From Polyangiales bacterium (GTDB taxonomy: Bacteria; Myxococcota_A; Polyangia; Polyangiales; Houyiibacteriaceae): a stretch of 24,007 nucleotides of DNA. Position 1 is the first letter of the stretch. Each line of letters opens with the position of its first letter. The notes under the pieces were generated by a model, which saw only the letters and a program-made list of their open reading frames with translations, did not search any database and had not been told where the DNA came from. Positions 1 to 8,628 of the stretch are shown here, piece by piece. The translations under genes were made by a program, and so were the position numbers. The stretch is taken from contig JBGCFM010000060.1 of assembly GCA_045106895.1 (NCBI GenBank), forward strand, positions 1 to 24,007. The letters are read 5' to 3'.

Positions 1-774
1 GACATGGTGCAGAACCATCTCATGCAGCTGCTCACGCTTGTCGCGATGGAACCACCCACGGCCTTTGCGGCGACGCCCATCCGCCGAGAGAAGATCAAAG
101 TGCTCGAGTGCATCGAGCCGCTAACCGAAGACAACGTGATCCGCGCGCGCTACACCGCCGGGAACGTCGAAAACCGGAGCGCCATCGGCTACCTGGACGA
201 GGAGAATATTCCCGACGACTCGTCGACGGAGACCTTCGTGGCGATCCGTATGTTCATCGACAACTGGCGCTGGAAAGGCGTGCCTTTCTTTCTGCGCACC
301 GGAAAACGAATGCCGCGCAAGACGTCCCAAATCGTCATTCGTTTTCGAGATGCGCCGGTTCGTTTCTTCGAAAGCGTGGGCGTTGAACGTGACACCGCCG
401 ACCTCTTGGTCATCACTCTCCAGCCGTCCGAAGGCTTCACGTTTCATCTCGACATCAAGATGCCCGGGGAGCCCTTCGAGCTGCGCCGCGTGCCCATGCG
501 TTTCGCCTACGCAGACACGGGCAAACCTCTCCCGGACGCCTACGACACGCTCCTCCAAGACGTCATGGAGGGGGATCAAACTCTCTTCGTTCACGCGGAA
601 GAGACCGAACTATCCTGGCAGATCTTTAAGGACTTCCTCGACCGGCCGGAGCAGCCGCTGGAGTACCCAGCCGGCAGCTGGGGCCCATCCGAAGCCAAGG
701 ACTTTGCGATTCCGAACGAAGAGATCTGGCAGACGCGCCCAACGAACATGCCTCCGGGCGGCAAGAAGCACTAA
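1..774 (+). CDS. zwf: Glucose-6-phosphate 1-dehydrogenase, C-terminal part (5' end lies outside the window)
   Basis: The frame is open from base 1 and reads DMVQNHLMQLL (the RDMVQNH motif). It also contains TETFVA, IDNWRWKGVPFFLRTGKRM, AYDTLLQDVMEGDQTLF and YPAGSWGP, all G6PD C-terminal signatures. Stop is TAA at 772-774. Confidence 0.97.
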   Translation, partial: DMVQNHLMQLLTLVAMEPPTAFAATPIRREKIKVLECIEPLTEDNVIRARYTAGNVENRSAIGYLDEENIPDDSSTETFVAIRMFIDNWRWKGVPFFLRTGKRMPRKTSQIVIRFRDAPVRFFESVGVERDTADLLVITLQPSEGFTFHLDIKMPGEPFELRRVPMRFAYADTGKPLPDAYDTLLQDVMEGDQTLFVHAEETELSWQIFKDFLDRPEQPLEYPAGSWGPSEAKDFAIPNEEIWQTRPTNMPPGGKKH

Positions 775-819
775 CCCCAGTGTTCGATTGGGTTGGACTG
801 ATTCAGGACTCCGCGGCCA

Positions 820-1899
820 TCAGGGAGTCTCAGCGCTCATCGCCCGCAGTCGGATCAACGTGTCCTGTCTTGATTCACTGAGCTGAACGAGGGAGGCGTT
901 CGAGCGGTCGAGCCGATCATGAATGCGGCGCACCTGTTCATTCAACGCTTCGGAATCCACACCGATGGCCGCGCAAAGCGACTGCGCGTCCCTCTCGAGC
1001 CCCGGAATCTGCGCGCGGGCCACGCTCATGGTCCAGGTCGTCGCCCCGACCCGCCGCCATACAGGCGAGTAACAAGGAAAGGGGTTCTGTTCCGGCACCC
1101 CGACGAGGACAGCACGCACGTCGCGGACCACGGCGAGCGCCGCCGCCGCCTGCTCCGCGTCCCCGGGCTCTTGAGCCCCGTACGCGTTCTGGCAGCGAAA
1201 GTCGTAGGGACCGGGGTCTACGCAGCGACGAATGTCGCTCATCCATTCGTCGATGCGGTCGAGCTTCCTACGGAAACGAGTGATGCGGTTGCGCTCGTTT
1301 TCACCCGGGGTCTCCCAGCGTCCAAATCGCGCGCAAAGGTCATCAACGCTGTCTCGCAGCGAGCTCAGCCCGGACCCGGCGGGCCCCAAGCCCTGCCGAA
1401 TCAGCTCCACCACTCTCTCCCGGAGGTCGGATCGACACGCGAGTGGAGCACCTTCCGAGGGCAGCGTGGTCTCGCTTCGAATCCGCATCAACAACGGTCG
1501 GACCGTATTGATGGCCTCAAGGTCTTCCTCCATCTGGGCAACGACGACGAGCAACTGCGGGGACACAGGCCGCGGGGAGACAGGCCGCGCGGCGACAGCA
1601 GCCGCTTGCGGAACGTCTGGTTGGACCGCGACGTTGGAGCTCGACGGGGGCGCCGGTTGCGAGGCCTCGACTTGTGGCACCACGGACGGATCCGCTGGCG
1701 CATCGTTTGTCTCCGGCGGATTCGCTGTCCGCTCGTCGTCGGCGTGGGCCGAGGCCTCAGGGGCGACACCATCGCTCCTCGTCGATGCGCCCTCGTTCGC
1801 CGCCGCGCCCGAGGTCTCTGCGCGTTGAGGTTCGAGAGCCCGCGACGCACACCCGTGGCAGAGGAGAAGACCGGACAAGATGCAAAGGAAGCGGACCAT
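820..1899 (-). CDS. Putative lipoprotein (359 aa); C-terminal helical Cys-containing domain paralogous to the extracytoplasmic domain of the upstream kinase
   Basis: ATG at 1899 overlaps the kinase stop codon (TAATG). The N-terminus MVRFLCILSGLLLCHGC resembles a signal peptide II, though the lipobox is atypical. An Ala/Pro-rich linker follows, then a domain alignable by eye to the kinase C-terminus. Confidence 0.8.
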   Translation of the reverse strand: MVRFLCILSGLLLCHGCASRALEPQRAETSGAAANEGASTRSDGVAPEASAHADDERTANPPETNDAPADPSVVPQVEASQPAPPSSSNVAVQPDVPQAAAVAARPVSPRPVSPQLLVVVAQMEEDLEAINTVRPLLMRIRSETTLPSEGAPLACRSDLRERVVELIRQGLGPAGSGLSSLRDSVDDLCARFGRWETPGENERNRITRFRRKLDRIDEWMSDIRRCVDPGPYDFRCQNAYGAQEPGDAEQAAAALAVVRDVRAVLVGVPEQNPFPCYSPVWRRVGATTWTMSVARAQIPGLERDAQSLCAAIGVDSEALNEQVRRIHDRLDRSNASLVQLSESRQDTLIRLRAMSAETP

Positions 1900-3986
1900 T
1901 AGATAGCTCTCAGGCGGTCCGCCACCCGTTGGAGGGTCCGCTGGGTTTGGCGAAGTATGCCCTCCGTGTCGTCGAGCTGCCGGGTGAACTGCTGCTCTCT
2001 CTGACGAAGCTGCGCCGCGTCCATTCCGAGACGACGACAGATCCGGTCGCGCGCCTGAACGACGCGATTTGCCGCCGCGCCCGACCAGGTGTTCCCCGCG
2101 GAGCCGAGTCTGCGAAGCCGGGTGAACACAGCGTCGTTGCACGGGAATGGTCGCTGCCCTCCTGATACGCCTTGCAATGCCGCGCGTGCATCGCGAACCG
2201 CGGTCACGACGTCGTCGGCGATGGCGACGGGGGTGTTCGTAGACACCGTTCGATCCCGAGCCATCTCTTCGGCACGGTCGAGGCTCTGGTCGATACGAGC
2301 GATCTGTGCGCGCAGTGGCGGCGGCGGATCGAGGAGCTGTCCGAAGGGGTCGCAGACACGCTGAATGCCGTCGCGTAGGCTCTGACGCCGGCTCACGACG
2401 ACGCTGACATCACTGTGATCCGAAAGCTGCGCGCGCACGCCGCTATCGCAGAGTGCGGGCTTTCGGCCAGCCGAGAGACCCACGAACTCGCGGCGGATGC
2501 GAGGGAGGAGCGCGAGAAGTCGGGTGATCTCTCCGACCTGCGCCTCGTATCGCACCACCTGCAGTCGGTTCGCTTCCGCTACAGCTGGGTTCGGTGCCGC
2601 TGCCGGTGCCGATGTGGGTGCCGTTGTGGGGACGGACGACGGCGCAGGAAGCGAGGACATCGCTGTCGCGACGCCATCTTCGGGTGACTCTGGAATCTCC
2701 GCGGCCGCGGGGGAGGTCATCGCCGTGCGCCGGGGTCTGTCGGCGTTCGGGTGCCGCGCAGGCGACGTCATTCGGGTGTCCGGCGCTTCGGCGACAAGCG
2801 CCTCCTCCACGACGGGTACCTCCTCGACCTCCGGCGCCTCCACGGGGGCGGCTTCTTCCCTCGGCGAAGGCGCGACGAGCGTTGGGGATTCCAGCACCTC
2901 TTCGGTGACGATGGTGGTCGGCTCTCTGTTCGCTGGCGTTAGCGTCGACGTCGTCGACCCGGCGTACCAGGCACCGGCGGCGACGACTGCAAGCAGGCCG
3001 ACTCCAGCGAGCAATGCGCCGAGCCGACTCTTCTTCTGCGGACGCTGGGCGATGGGAACCGCCTCTGGGGTGACCGCCGCTGTCGCCTGCATCGTTGGCG
3101 CGTTGGGCAAGAGCAGTTGACCAGGATCACTCTCGTCACGAGCCGTCTGTGTCGCCTGTTCAAGAGCCGCGGCGAAGTCCGTCGCCGAATCAAAGCGCTC
3201 GTTGAGGTCTTTGGACAACGCCCGGGACATCACGGCGTCCACGTGGTCGGGGACAATCGCTCGCGTGGAGAGCGCCGGTGGCGGCGCCGTCATGATCTTG
3301 AGGAGCAACGCCGTCATCGTCGTCGCTTCGAAAGGTGTCGCGCCTGTCACCAGCTCGTAGAAGAGCGTCGCGAGCGCGTAGATATCGGTACGGTGATCGA
3401 GGTCTTGTCCGAGTGCCTGCTCCGGCGAGAGATAAGCCGGGGTACCCATGACCACACCGGAGGCCGTCAGTGGCTCATCCGGGAGGTGGTCGGCGAACTT
3501 CACGAGACCAAAGTCGAGGATCATCGGGCGATCCGCGACGCCGTCTGCGCGAACGATGAAGATATTGCCGGGCTTCAGGTCGCGGTGAACGATCCCCGCC
3601 CGATGTGCGACGTTGAGCGCCGCCGCGATGGGCTTCAGGAGTTCGAGGGCCTTGGCGAAGCTCATGGGACCGTCACGCTTCAGTCGCTGCGCCAGGTCTT
3701 CGCCTGCGAGGAGGTCCATGACGAGGTAGTCGATGCCATCTTCGGTGCGCGCGAAATCATGAATCGCGACGATGCCGGGATGGCCCAATCCGGACAGAGC
3801 CGCTGCCTCTCGTTTGAATCTCGCGACGGCATCCGCGGAACCCTGAGCCCGATCCGGGTGGAGCACTTTGACGGCGTAGCGCTTCGACGTTCGCACATGA
3901 CGCGCCGCATACACGGCTCCCATACCGCCTTCACCAAGCGGTTCTTCAATCCGAAACGTATCTCCGAGCAGGGAGCCGGCTTCCAT
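1899..3986 (-). CDS. Hanks-type (Pkn2/PknB-like) transmembrane Ser/Thr protein kinase
   Basis: Kinase motifs LGEGGMG, AVK, HRDLKPGN, DFG and GTPAYLSPEQ are present. One TM helix (LGALLAGVGLLAVVAAGAWYA) is followed by a Pro/Glu/Ala-rich linker and a helical C-terminal domain. Start is taken at ATG 3986 (MEAGSLLG), just before subdomain I. Confidence 0.95.
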   Translation of the reverse strand: MEAGSLLGDTFRIEEPLGEGGMGAVYAARHVRTSKRYAVKVLHPDRAQGSADAVARFKREAAALSGLGHPGIVAIHDFARTEDGIDYLVMDLLAGEDLAQRLKRDGPMSFAKALELLKPIAAALNVAHRAGIVHRDLKPGNIFIVRADGVADRPMILDFGLVKFADHLPDEPLTASGVVMGTPAYLSPEQALGQDLDHRTDIYALATLFYELVTGATPFEATTMTALLLKIMTAPPPALSTRAIVPDHVDAVMSRALSKDLNERFDSATDFAAALEQATQTARDESDPGQLLLPNAPTMQATAAVTPEAVPIAQRPQKKSRLGALLAGVGLLAVVAAGAWYAGSTTSTLTPANREPTTIVTEEVLESPTLVAPSPREEAAPVEAPEVEEVPVVEEALVAEAPDTRMTSPARHPNADRPRRTAMTSPAAAEIPESPEDGVATAMSSLPAPSSVPTTAPTSAPAAAPNPAVAEANRLQVVRYEAQVGEITRLLALLPRIRREFVGLSAGRKPALCDSGVRAQLSDHSDVSVVVSRRQSLRDGIQRVCDPFGQLLDPPPPLRAQIARIDQSLDRAEEMARDRTVSTNTPVAIADDVVTAVRDARAALQGVSGGQRPFPCNDAVFTRLRRLGSAGNTWSGAAANRVVQARDRICRRLGMDAAQLRQREQQFTRQLDDTEGILRQTQRTLQRVADRLRAI

Positions 3987-4117
3987 AGCGCAGGTCAAAC
4001 TATCACCGCACATCCACCCGCGGCCACTAGCAGGCCTCATACGCTGACGGTGCCGCCGATATGGGGTCCTTGTCCGGTCTGGTTGGCATCTTCATGCGCC
4101 CGCTCTAAAGTCCCGCC

Positions 4118-4783
4118 ATGAGCATGGAATGCCCTGGATGTGGTGAAGACGCCCCAGTCGTGCTCCGCGGCGTCGTGACCTACTGCGCGGCGTGCGGCCG
4201 TGCTCGGCCCGCCATGGGCAACAAGGTCCTGGGTATCGCCGGACAGCCAGCACGAATCGGTGGATTCGCCGCAAAGGTCGCCGCCGGAACCGTGTTTGGC
4301 CTCGGCACCTTCGTCGCTCTCATGTTTATGCTCGTGATCCAGGCCATCTGGCCCGAGGGCTGGCTTGGGTATGCCATCGGCGCCCCCATCGAGTTTTTGA
4401 CGCTTCTGCTCACCTTTGCCCTCTACTTCGGAGGCCGAATGCTCGGAAAGTCCGGCGAACGCACCGTGAGCGCGACCCGGCTAAAGGCTCTCAAGGCCCT
4501 CTCGAGGCAGCGCGGCGGTGTCCTCCGCGCCACGGATGTGGCCAAAGCGCTTCATATCGACGCGAACGACGCCGACGAGCTGCTGACTCAGCTGGCCAAA
4601 CACCCGGAAGAAGACGTTGGTATCGACGTCAACGACGAGGGCGAAGTTCTCTACCTAATTGGCTCCCCGGACGCGAAACGCTTTCGTATCCGAGTGGAAG
4701 AGGCCGGATTGGGCGATGCCTTCGACGAAGCCGAGGCGGAGCTCGCACGAGAGAAGTTGCGCGAGCTTGAAGCCGAATTATAG
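4118..4783 (+). CDS. Hypothetical membrane protein: N-terminal zinc ribbon, two TM helices, C-terminal winged-helix-like domain
   Basis: CPGC...CAAC pair, two hydrophobic segments, then RGGVLRATDVAKALHIDANDADELLTQL...IDVNDEGEVLY, a wHTH-like pattern. Confidence 0.8.
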   Translation: MSMECPGCGEDAPVVLRGVVTYCAACGRARPAMGNKVLGIAGQPARIGGFAAKVAAGTVFGLGTFVALMFMLVIQAIWPEGWLGYAIGAPIEFLTLLLTFALYFGGRMLGKSGERTVSATRLKALKALSRQRGGVLRATDVAKALHIDANDADELLTQLAKHPEEDVGIDVNDEGEVLYLIGSPDAKRFRIRVEEAGLGDAFDEAEAELAREKLRELEAEL

Positions 4784-4844
4784 GCAAGAAACCCCCTGTT
4801 TAGTGATACGCCGATCGTGTAGGGTCGCGCCGTTCCAACCAACT

Positions 4845-4851
4845 TAAGGAG
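4845..4851 (+). promoter_or_regulatory. Shine-Dalgarno sequence of mdh
   Basis: TAAGGAG lies 7 nt upstream of ATG 4859. Confidence 0.8.
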
Positions 4852-4858
4852 ATCCCGA

Positions 4859-5839
4859 ATGAAGAAGCCAGTACGTGTCGCAGTTACCGGAGCCGCGGGT
4901 CAGATTTGTTATGGACTCCTTTTCCGAATCGCCTCCGGCGACATGCTCGGAAAGGACCAGCCCGTCATTCTCCAGCTCGTCGACATCGAGCCCGGAATGA
5001 AAGCCGTTGAAGGCGTGATGATGGAGCTGGACGACTGTGCCTTCCCATTGCTTCACGGCATGGAAGCGAACCACGACCCCATGAAGGGTTTCGAAGGTAC
5101 ACAGGTCGCTGTCCTCGTCGGCGCGATGCCGCGCGGTCCCGGAATGCTTCGTAAGGATCTCCTCCGCGCCAACGGCCCCATCTTCACGGGTCAGGGCAAA
5201 GCGCTCAACGAAAAGGCTGCACGCGACGTGAAGGTCTGCGTCGTCGGCAACCCTGCCAACACCAACGCTTACATCGCCATGAAGAACGCGCCGGATCTCG
5301 ATCCTTCGTGCTTCAGCGCGCTCGTTCGTTTGGACCAAAACCGCGCCATCTCCCAGGTCGCCGCCAAGACGGGCCGCAAGGTCACGGACATCAAGAAGAT
5401 GACCATCTGGGGCAACCACTCGGCAACTCAGTACCCCGACCTCTTCAACGCGGAGATCGACGGCAAGTCCATCGCCGCCACGGTGAACGACCAAAGCTGG
5501 ATCGAAGAGACCTTCATTCCGACTGTTCAGAGCCGCGGAAAAGCCATCATCGAAGCGCGCGGCAAGTCCTCCGCTGCCTCGGCTGCGAACGCCGCCATCG
5601 ACCACGTCCACGACTGGTGGAACGGTACGCCTGAAGGCGACTGGGTCTCCATGGCCGTGTGCTCCGACGGAAGCTACGGCATCCCGAAGGGCGTCATCGC
5701 CGGCGTCCCTGTGACATGCGCAGACGGCAAGTGGAGCGTTGTGCAGGGCCTGGAAATCGACGACTTCAGCCGCGCGCGCATCGACGCGACGGCGAAGGAA
5801 CTCGCGGAAGAGGCCGAGGCCGTTTCCGACCTCGTCTAG
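4859..5839 (+). CDS. mdh: Malate dehydrogenase (dimeric, MDH type 2 family)
   Basis: [11 protein letters not shown]ossmann motif, [50 protein letters not shown] and SSAASAANA. Strong RBS. Confidence 0.97.
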   Translation: MKKPVRVAVTGAAGQICYGLLFRIASGDMLGKDQPVILQLVDIEPGMKAVEGVMMELDDCAFPLLHGMEANHDPMKGFEGTQVAVLVGAMPRGPGMLRKDLLRANGPIFTGQGKALNEKAARDVKVCVVGNPANTNAYIAMKNAPDLDPSCFSALVRLDQNRAISQVAAKTGRKVTDIKKMTIWGNHSATQYPDLFNAEIDGKSIAATVNDQSWIEETFIPTVQSRGKAIIEARGKSSAASAANAAIDHVHDWWNGTPEGDWVSMAVCSDGSYGIPKGVIAGVPVTCADGKWSVVQGLEIDDFSRARIDATAKELAEEAEAVSDLV

Positions 5840-5857
5840 ATCTCGCGTTTCACATCG

Positions 5858-5885
5858 AAAGCCCAGGCCTCGGCCTGGGCTTTTT
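5858..5885 (+). terminator. Rho-independent terminator after mdh (possibly bidirectional)
   Basis: AAAGCCCAGGC-CTCG-GCCTGGGC-TTTTT: perfect GC stem and T tract, located between convergent genes. Confidence 0.9.
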
Positions 5886-5922
5886 GCGTGGGAGTGGAGC
5901 GGCGCGAGGGCTCTTCAGAGTG

Positions 5923-7602
5923 TTACTCGTCGATGAGTAGCTTGCCGGGGTTCAGCACACCCGTAGGGTCGACGCGCTTCTTCGCCGCTCGGAGCATCGC
6001 CATGCCCATGCCGCCCGTCTCCGTCGCCATCCAGGGCGCGTGGTCGCGACCCACGCCGTGGTGGTGCGAGATGGTGCCGCCGCCTTCGGCGATGGCATTC
6101 GACGCGGCCGTCTTTACACGACGCCACTGGCCGATGGGGTCCTCGAGGTCACGTGCGAAGAAGAACGTGAAGTAGAGCGAGCATCCGTCACCGTAGGAGT
6201 GGCTGATGTGGCAAAGGATCGCTGCGTGCTCGCCGAGCTCCGCACGAATCGAAGCGCGGACCTTTGCCGCGAGGTTCTCGACGTTGGACCACGTCGTCGA
6301 AGTCTCAAGCGTGTCGATGGCGACGCCGCGGTCGAGCAGCGGGTCGCGGAGATAGGGCATCGAAAAACGCGAGTCCTCCCAGGATTTACCCGGCCCTTTC
6401 CCGATCGGCGCGCCTCCAGCACCGACGCACATAGCCGTCGTCCGAACCACCCCGTGACGTACGTCATGGGGGTTGCCTTCGATGCCGACCATGAGCGCGC
6501 AACGACCGCTGCCGTCTCCTTCTCCAGGAACGTAGCCGGCCACCGCGAGCGCTTTTTCACCGGCACGCGTCAGAGCCGAAGACGGTTTCAGCAAGCCCTT
6601 CAGCGTTCCAAAAAAGTAACTCTCGTCGCTGTCTGAAAGCCGCATCATCGCGACGGAGACGTCGGACTGAGCGATGCGCCGGACCGCGTCGACGCCGCTT
6701 CGGAAGTCCTTGAAGAGATACGCACGAATGTCGCGCGTTTCCGGCATTCGGTGAACCTTCACCGTGGCTTTCGTGATCACCCCAAGGACACCTTCGCTTC
6801 CGCAGATGACCTCGTTGAGGTCGGGCCCGGCGGCGCTCTGCGGGAATGGCAGAGTTCGCATCTCGCCTTCAGGAGTCACCACCGTCGCGGCGACGAGCCA
6901 CTTGTTTGCCGTCCCGTAACGGTTCGACTGTTGCCCTGCCCCGCGCGCTGCGATCCAGCCTCCGAGGGTTGAGAACTCAAACGATTGAGGGAAATGCCCG
7001 AGCGTGTAGCCACGCTCTTGAAGCGCAGCTTCAAGTTCGGGACCGTAGACCCCCGCTTCAAACGTCGCCGTGTGGGAGACCTCATCCAGGTCCAGCATCT
7101 GCCGCATGCGTGTCGTGTCGAGGGTCACCACGCCGTTTTGGGACTTGCCGGGGCGCGCCTCCACGCCGCCGACGACGCTGGAGCCTCCGCCAAAAGGAAT
7201 CACCGCGATGCTGTGCTCCGCGCAGATGTTCAGAACCGCCGCGACCTCCGCCGCGGTGTCAGGATAGACAACAGCAGCGGGAGCCACCTCCAAGCTTCCG
7301 GAGCGTAGCTGAACCATGTCGGGGTAACTGCGGCCGTAAGCGTGAAACGCTCGCTCGAAGTCCGAGTGGAGCACCCGCGACTCGTCGAGTGCGCCCACAA
7401 GCGCCGGAATCACCGCATCGGGCAAAGTTGCCGCCGGGAGCTCCACCTTCGCGAGTTCTGGCGCAGGCGTCGAGGGCAGCGCCGCTACGCCAATGACCCC
7501 GGCGACAAACTCCCAGACCTCTGCATCGTGCCCATGGAGGTCGAACGTCGCCGACTTCAGTCCCCAACCGTTCCATCGCAATTCGTCTCGCCGATACGCC
7601 AT
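5923..7602 (-). CDS. FAD-binding oxidoreductase of the VAO/PCMH family, alkyl-dihydroxyacetone-phosphate synthase (AGPS)-like
   Basis: N-terminal WNGWG, IPFGGGSSVVGGVE, LGHFPQSFEFSTLGGWIAARGAGQ, GSEGVLGVIT, DTLETS, CHISHSY..GCSLYFT, ISHHHGVG and DPTGVLNPGKL match the AGPS subfamily pattern. Confidence 0.88.
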   Translation of the reverse strand: MAYRRDELRWNGWGLKSATFDLHGHDAEVWEFVAGVIGVAALPSTPAPELAKVELPAATLPDAVIPALVGALDESRVLHSDFERAFHAYGRSYPDMVQLRSGSLEVAPAAVVYPDTAAEVAAVLNICAEHSIAVIPFGGGSSVVGGVEARPGKSQNGVVTLDTTRMRQMLDLDEVSHTATFEAGVYGPELEAALQERGYTLGHFPQSFEFSTLGGWIAARGAGQQSNRYGTANKWLVAATVVTPEGEMRTLPFPQSAAGPDLNEVICGSEGVLGVITKATVKVHRMPETRDIRAYLFKDFRSGVDAVRRIAQSDVSVAMMRLSDSDESYFFGTLKGLLKPSSALTRAGEKALAVAGYVPGEGDGSGRCALMVGIEGNPHDVRHGVVRTTAMCVGAGGAPIGKGPGKSWEDSRFSMPYLRDPLLDRGVAIDTLETSTTWSNVENLAAKVRASIRAELGEHAAILCHISHSYGDGCSLYFTFFFARDLEDPIGQWRRVKTAASNAIAEGGGTISHHHGVGRDHAPWMATETGGMGMAMLRAAKKRVDPTGVLNPGKLLIDE

Positions 7603-7713
7603 GGCGAAGGTCTACCACCCTTAAGAAAAAGCATCCACGGCCCGGCGATTGCTGAGGGCGCGTGGATGGCTTCCACTTACGTTGATGCGCTCGTCCGAGC
7701 GCTTCGATGGGGC

Positions 7714-8280
7714 TCAGCCGCAGCGGCCGCCGAGGAGGCCTCGCTTGAGGCCGCGGTTCGGTGGGTTGGGTCCAACGAAGATGCGGAAGAAAGCCGTGGC
7801 GAAGGCGTCGCCGCTGATGGTTCCGCGAGCGCGGCGACCCACACGAACTTCAAGTCCGGTGCCAGGGCGATGAGTGAAGACGAGGACCGTGCCTTCGTTG
7901 ATCTCTTCGGGAAGCATGTTCGCGAAGCGACCGATGGACGAAGCCACGCCTGCGTTGCCAAAGCTGTCTTGGAGCGCTTCCGCCATGTCTTCGCGAGTGA
8001 CGTCGCGCACGAAGTGAAGGACGATCTGCTTGAGGCCGTTGGCCGCGACGATGGCGTTTCCGTCGGTGTTGGCTTCTGGCAGGTAGAGGCCCGCGACGTA
8101 GACGTCGACGTTGAAGACGGTGGCTTCGCGGATGCCCATTCCGTTGAGGACAAGAGTCTGTCCGTCGACTTCCACGCTATTGCGCATCGTCACGTCGTTG
8201 CAGCGCCGGGCGAAAGCCTGACCGGGGAGGGAAAGAAGGAGGGTGGCGGCGAGGGCCGCGAGGGCGAGTGTGGAACGCAT
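7714..8280 (-). CDS. Secreted chalcone-isomerase-fold (Chalcone_3-like) protein
   Basis: Signal peptide MRSTLALAALAATLLLSLPGQAFA, LVLNGMGIREATVFNVDVYVAGLYL, and FATAFFRIFVGPNPPNRGLKRGLLG. A GGAG RBS precedes ATG 8280. Confidence 0.9.
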   Translation of the reverse strand: MRSTLALAALAATLLLSLPGQAFARRCNDVTMRNSVEVDGQTLVLNGMGIREATVFNVDVYVAGLYLPEANTDGNAIVAANGLKQIVLHFVRDVTREDMAEALQDSFGNAGVASSIGRFANMLPEEINEGTVLVFTHRPGTGLEVRVGRRARGTISGDAFATAFFRIFVGPNPPNRGLKRGLLGGRCG

Positions 8281-8628
8281 GATTGATTTCTCCGAGCTAG
8301 TGGACCGCCGGTCTCGATCTCTTGGACGGGCGGCGGGATTGATCACCCGCGATGTCCTCACGAGCGCTGGCTAGACGTACCACGCACGCGCTTCCTTCAG
8401 AAGGGTCGTTCGATTTTGCATTTTTTCTTCTCACGCAACCCAGCCGCCACCTGTGGTATATCGGCGGTGCACGCTACGAAGGCCTTGCTGGGCGTCGAAG
8501 CTAAAGTGCTTATATTTACCAATAACTTCGGCCACTTAGGGAGCTCCAGGGCTCGCGGGCGGCGAACGGATTTTCCTCACTTTTTCGGGGACCACACAAA
8601 CGCCTGCCGGGCGACGAGAGGGCTAAGA

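Noticed and set aside
1556..1592. Short tandem repeat (ACAGGCCGCG twice)
   Set aside because: It encodes RPVSPRPVSP in the low-complexity linker of the lipoprotein and is not a CRISPR or regulatory repeat.
1900..2142. N-terminal extension of the 440-aa ORF 820..2142
   Set aside because: It overlaps the kinase C-terminus in another frame. ATG 1899 gives a signal peptide and a TAATG overlap.
8452..8516. Possible sigma70 -10 elements (TGGTATAT, TATATT) upstream of sucC
   Set aside because: No properly spaced -35 element was found, so a promoter cannot be placed confidently.
8522..8530. ATAACTTCG, identical to the start of loxP, in a window that also encodes a tyrosine recombinase
   Set aside because: Only 9 bp match, with no proper second arm or 8-bp spacer. 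It does not fit the dif consensus either.
8416..8628. 71-aa N-terminal extension of sucC
   Set aside because: The canonical SucC start MNIHEYQ is at 8629, and the upstream sequence looks intergenic.
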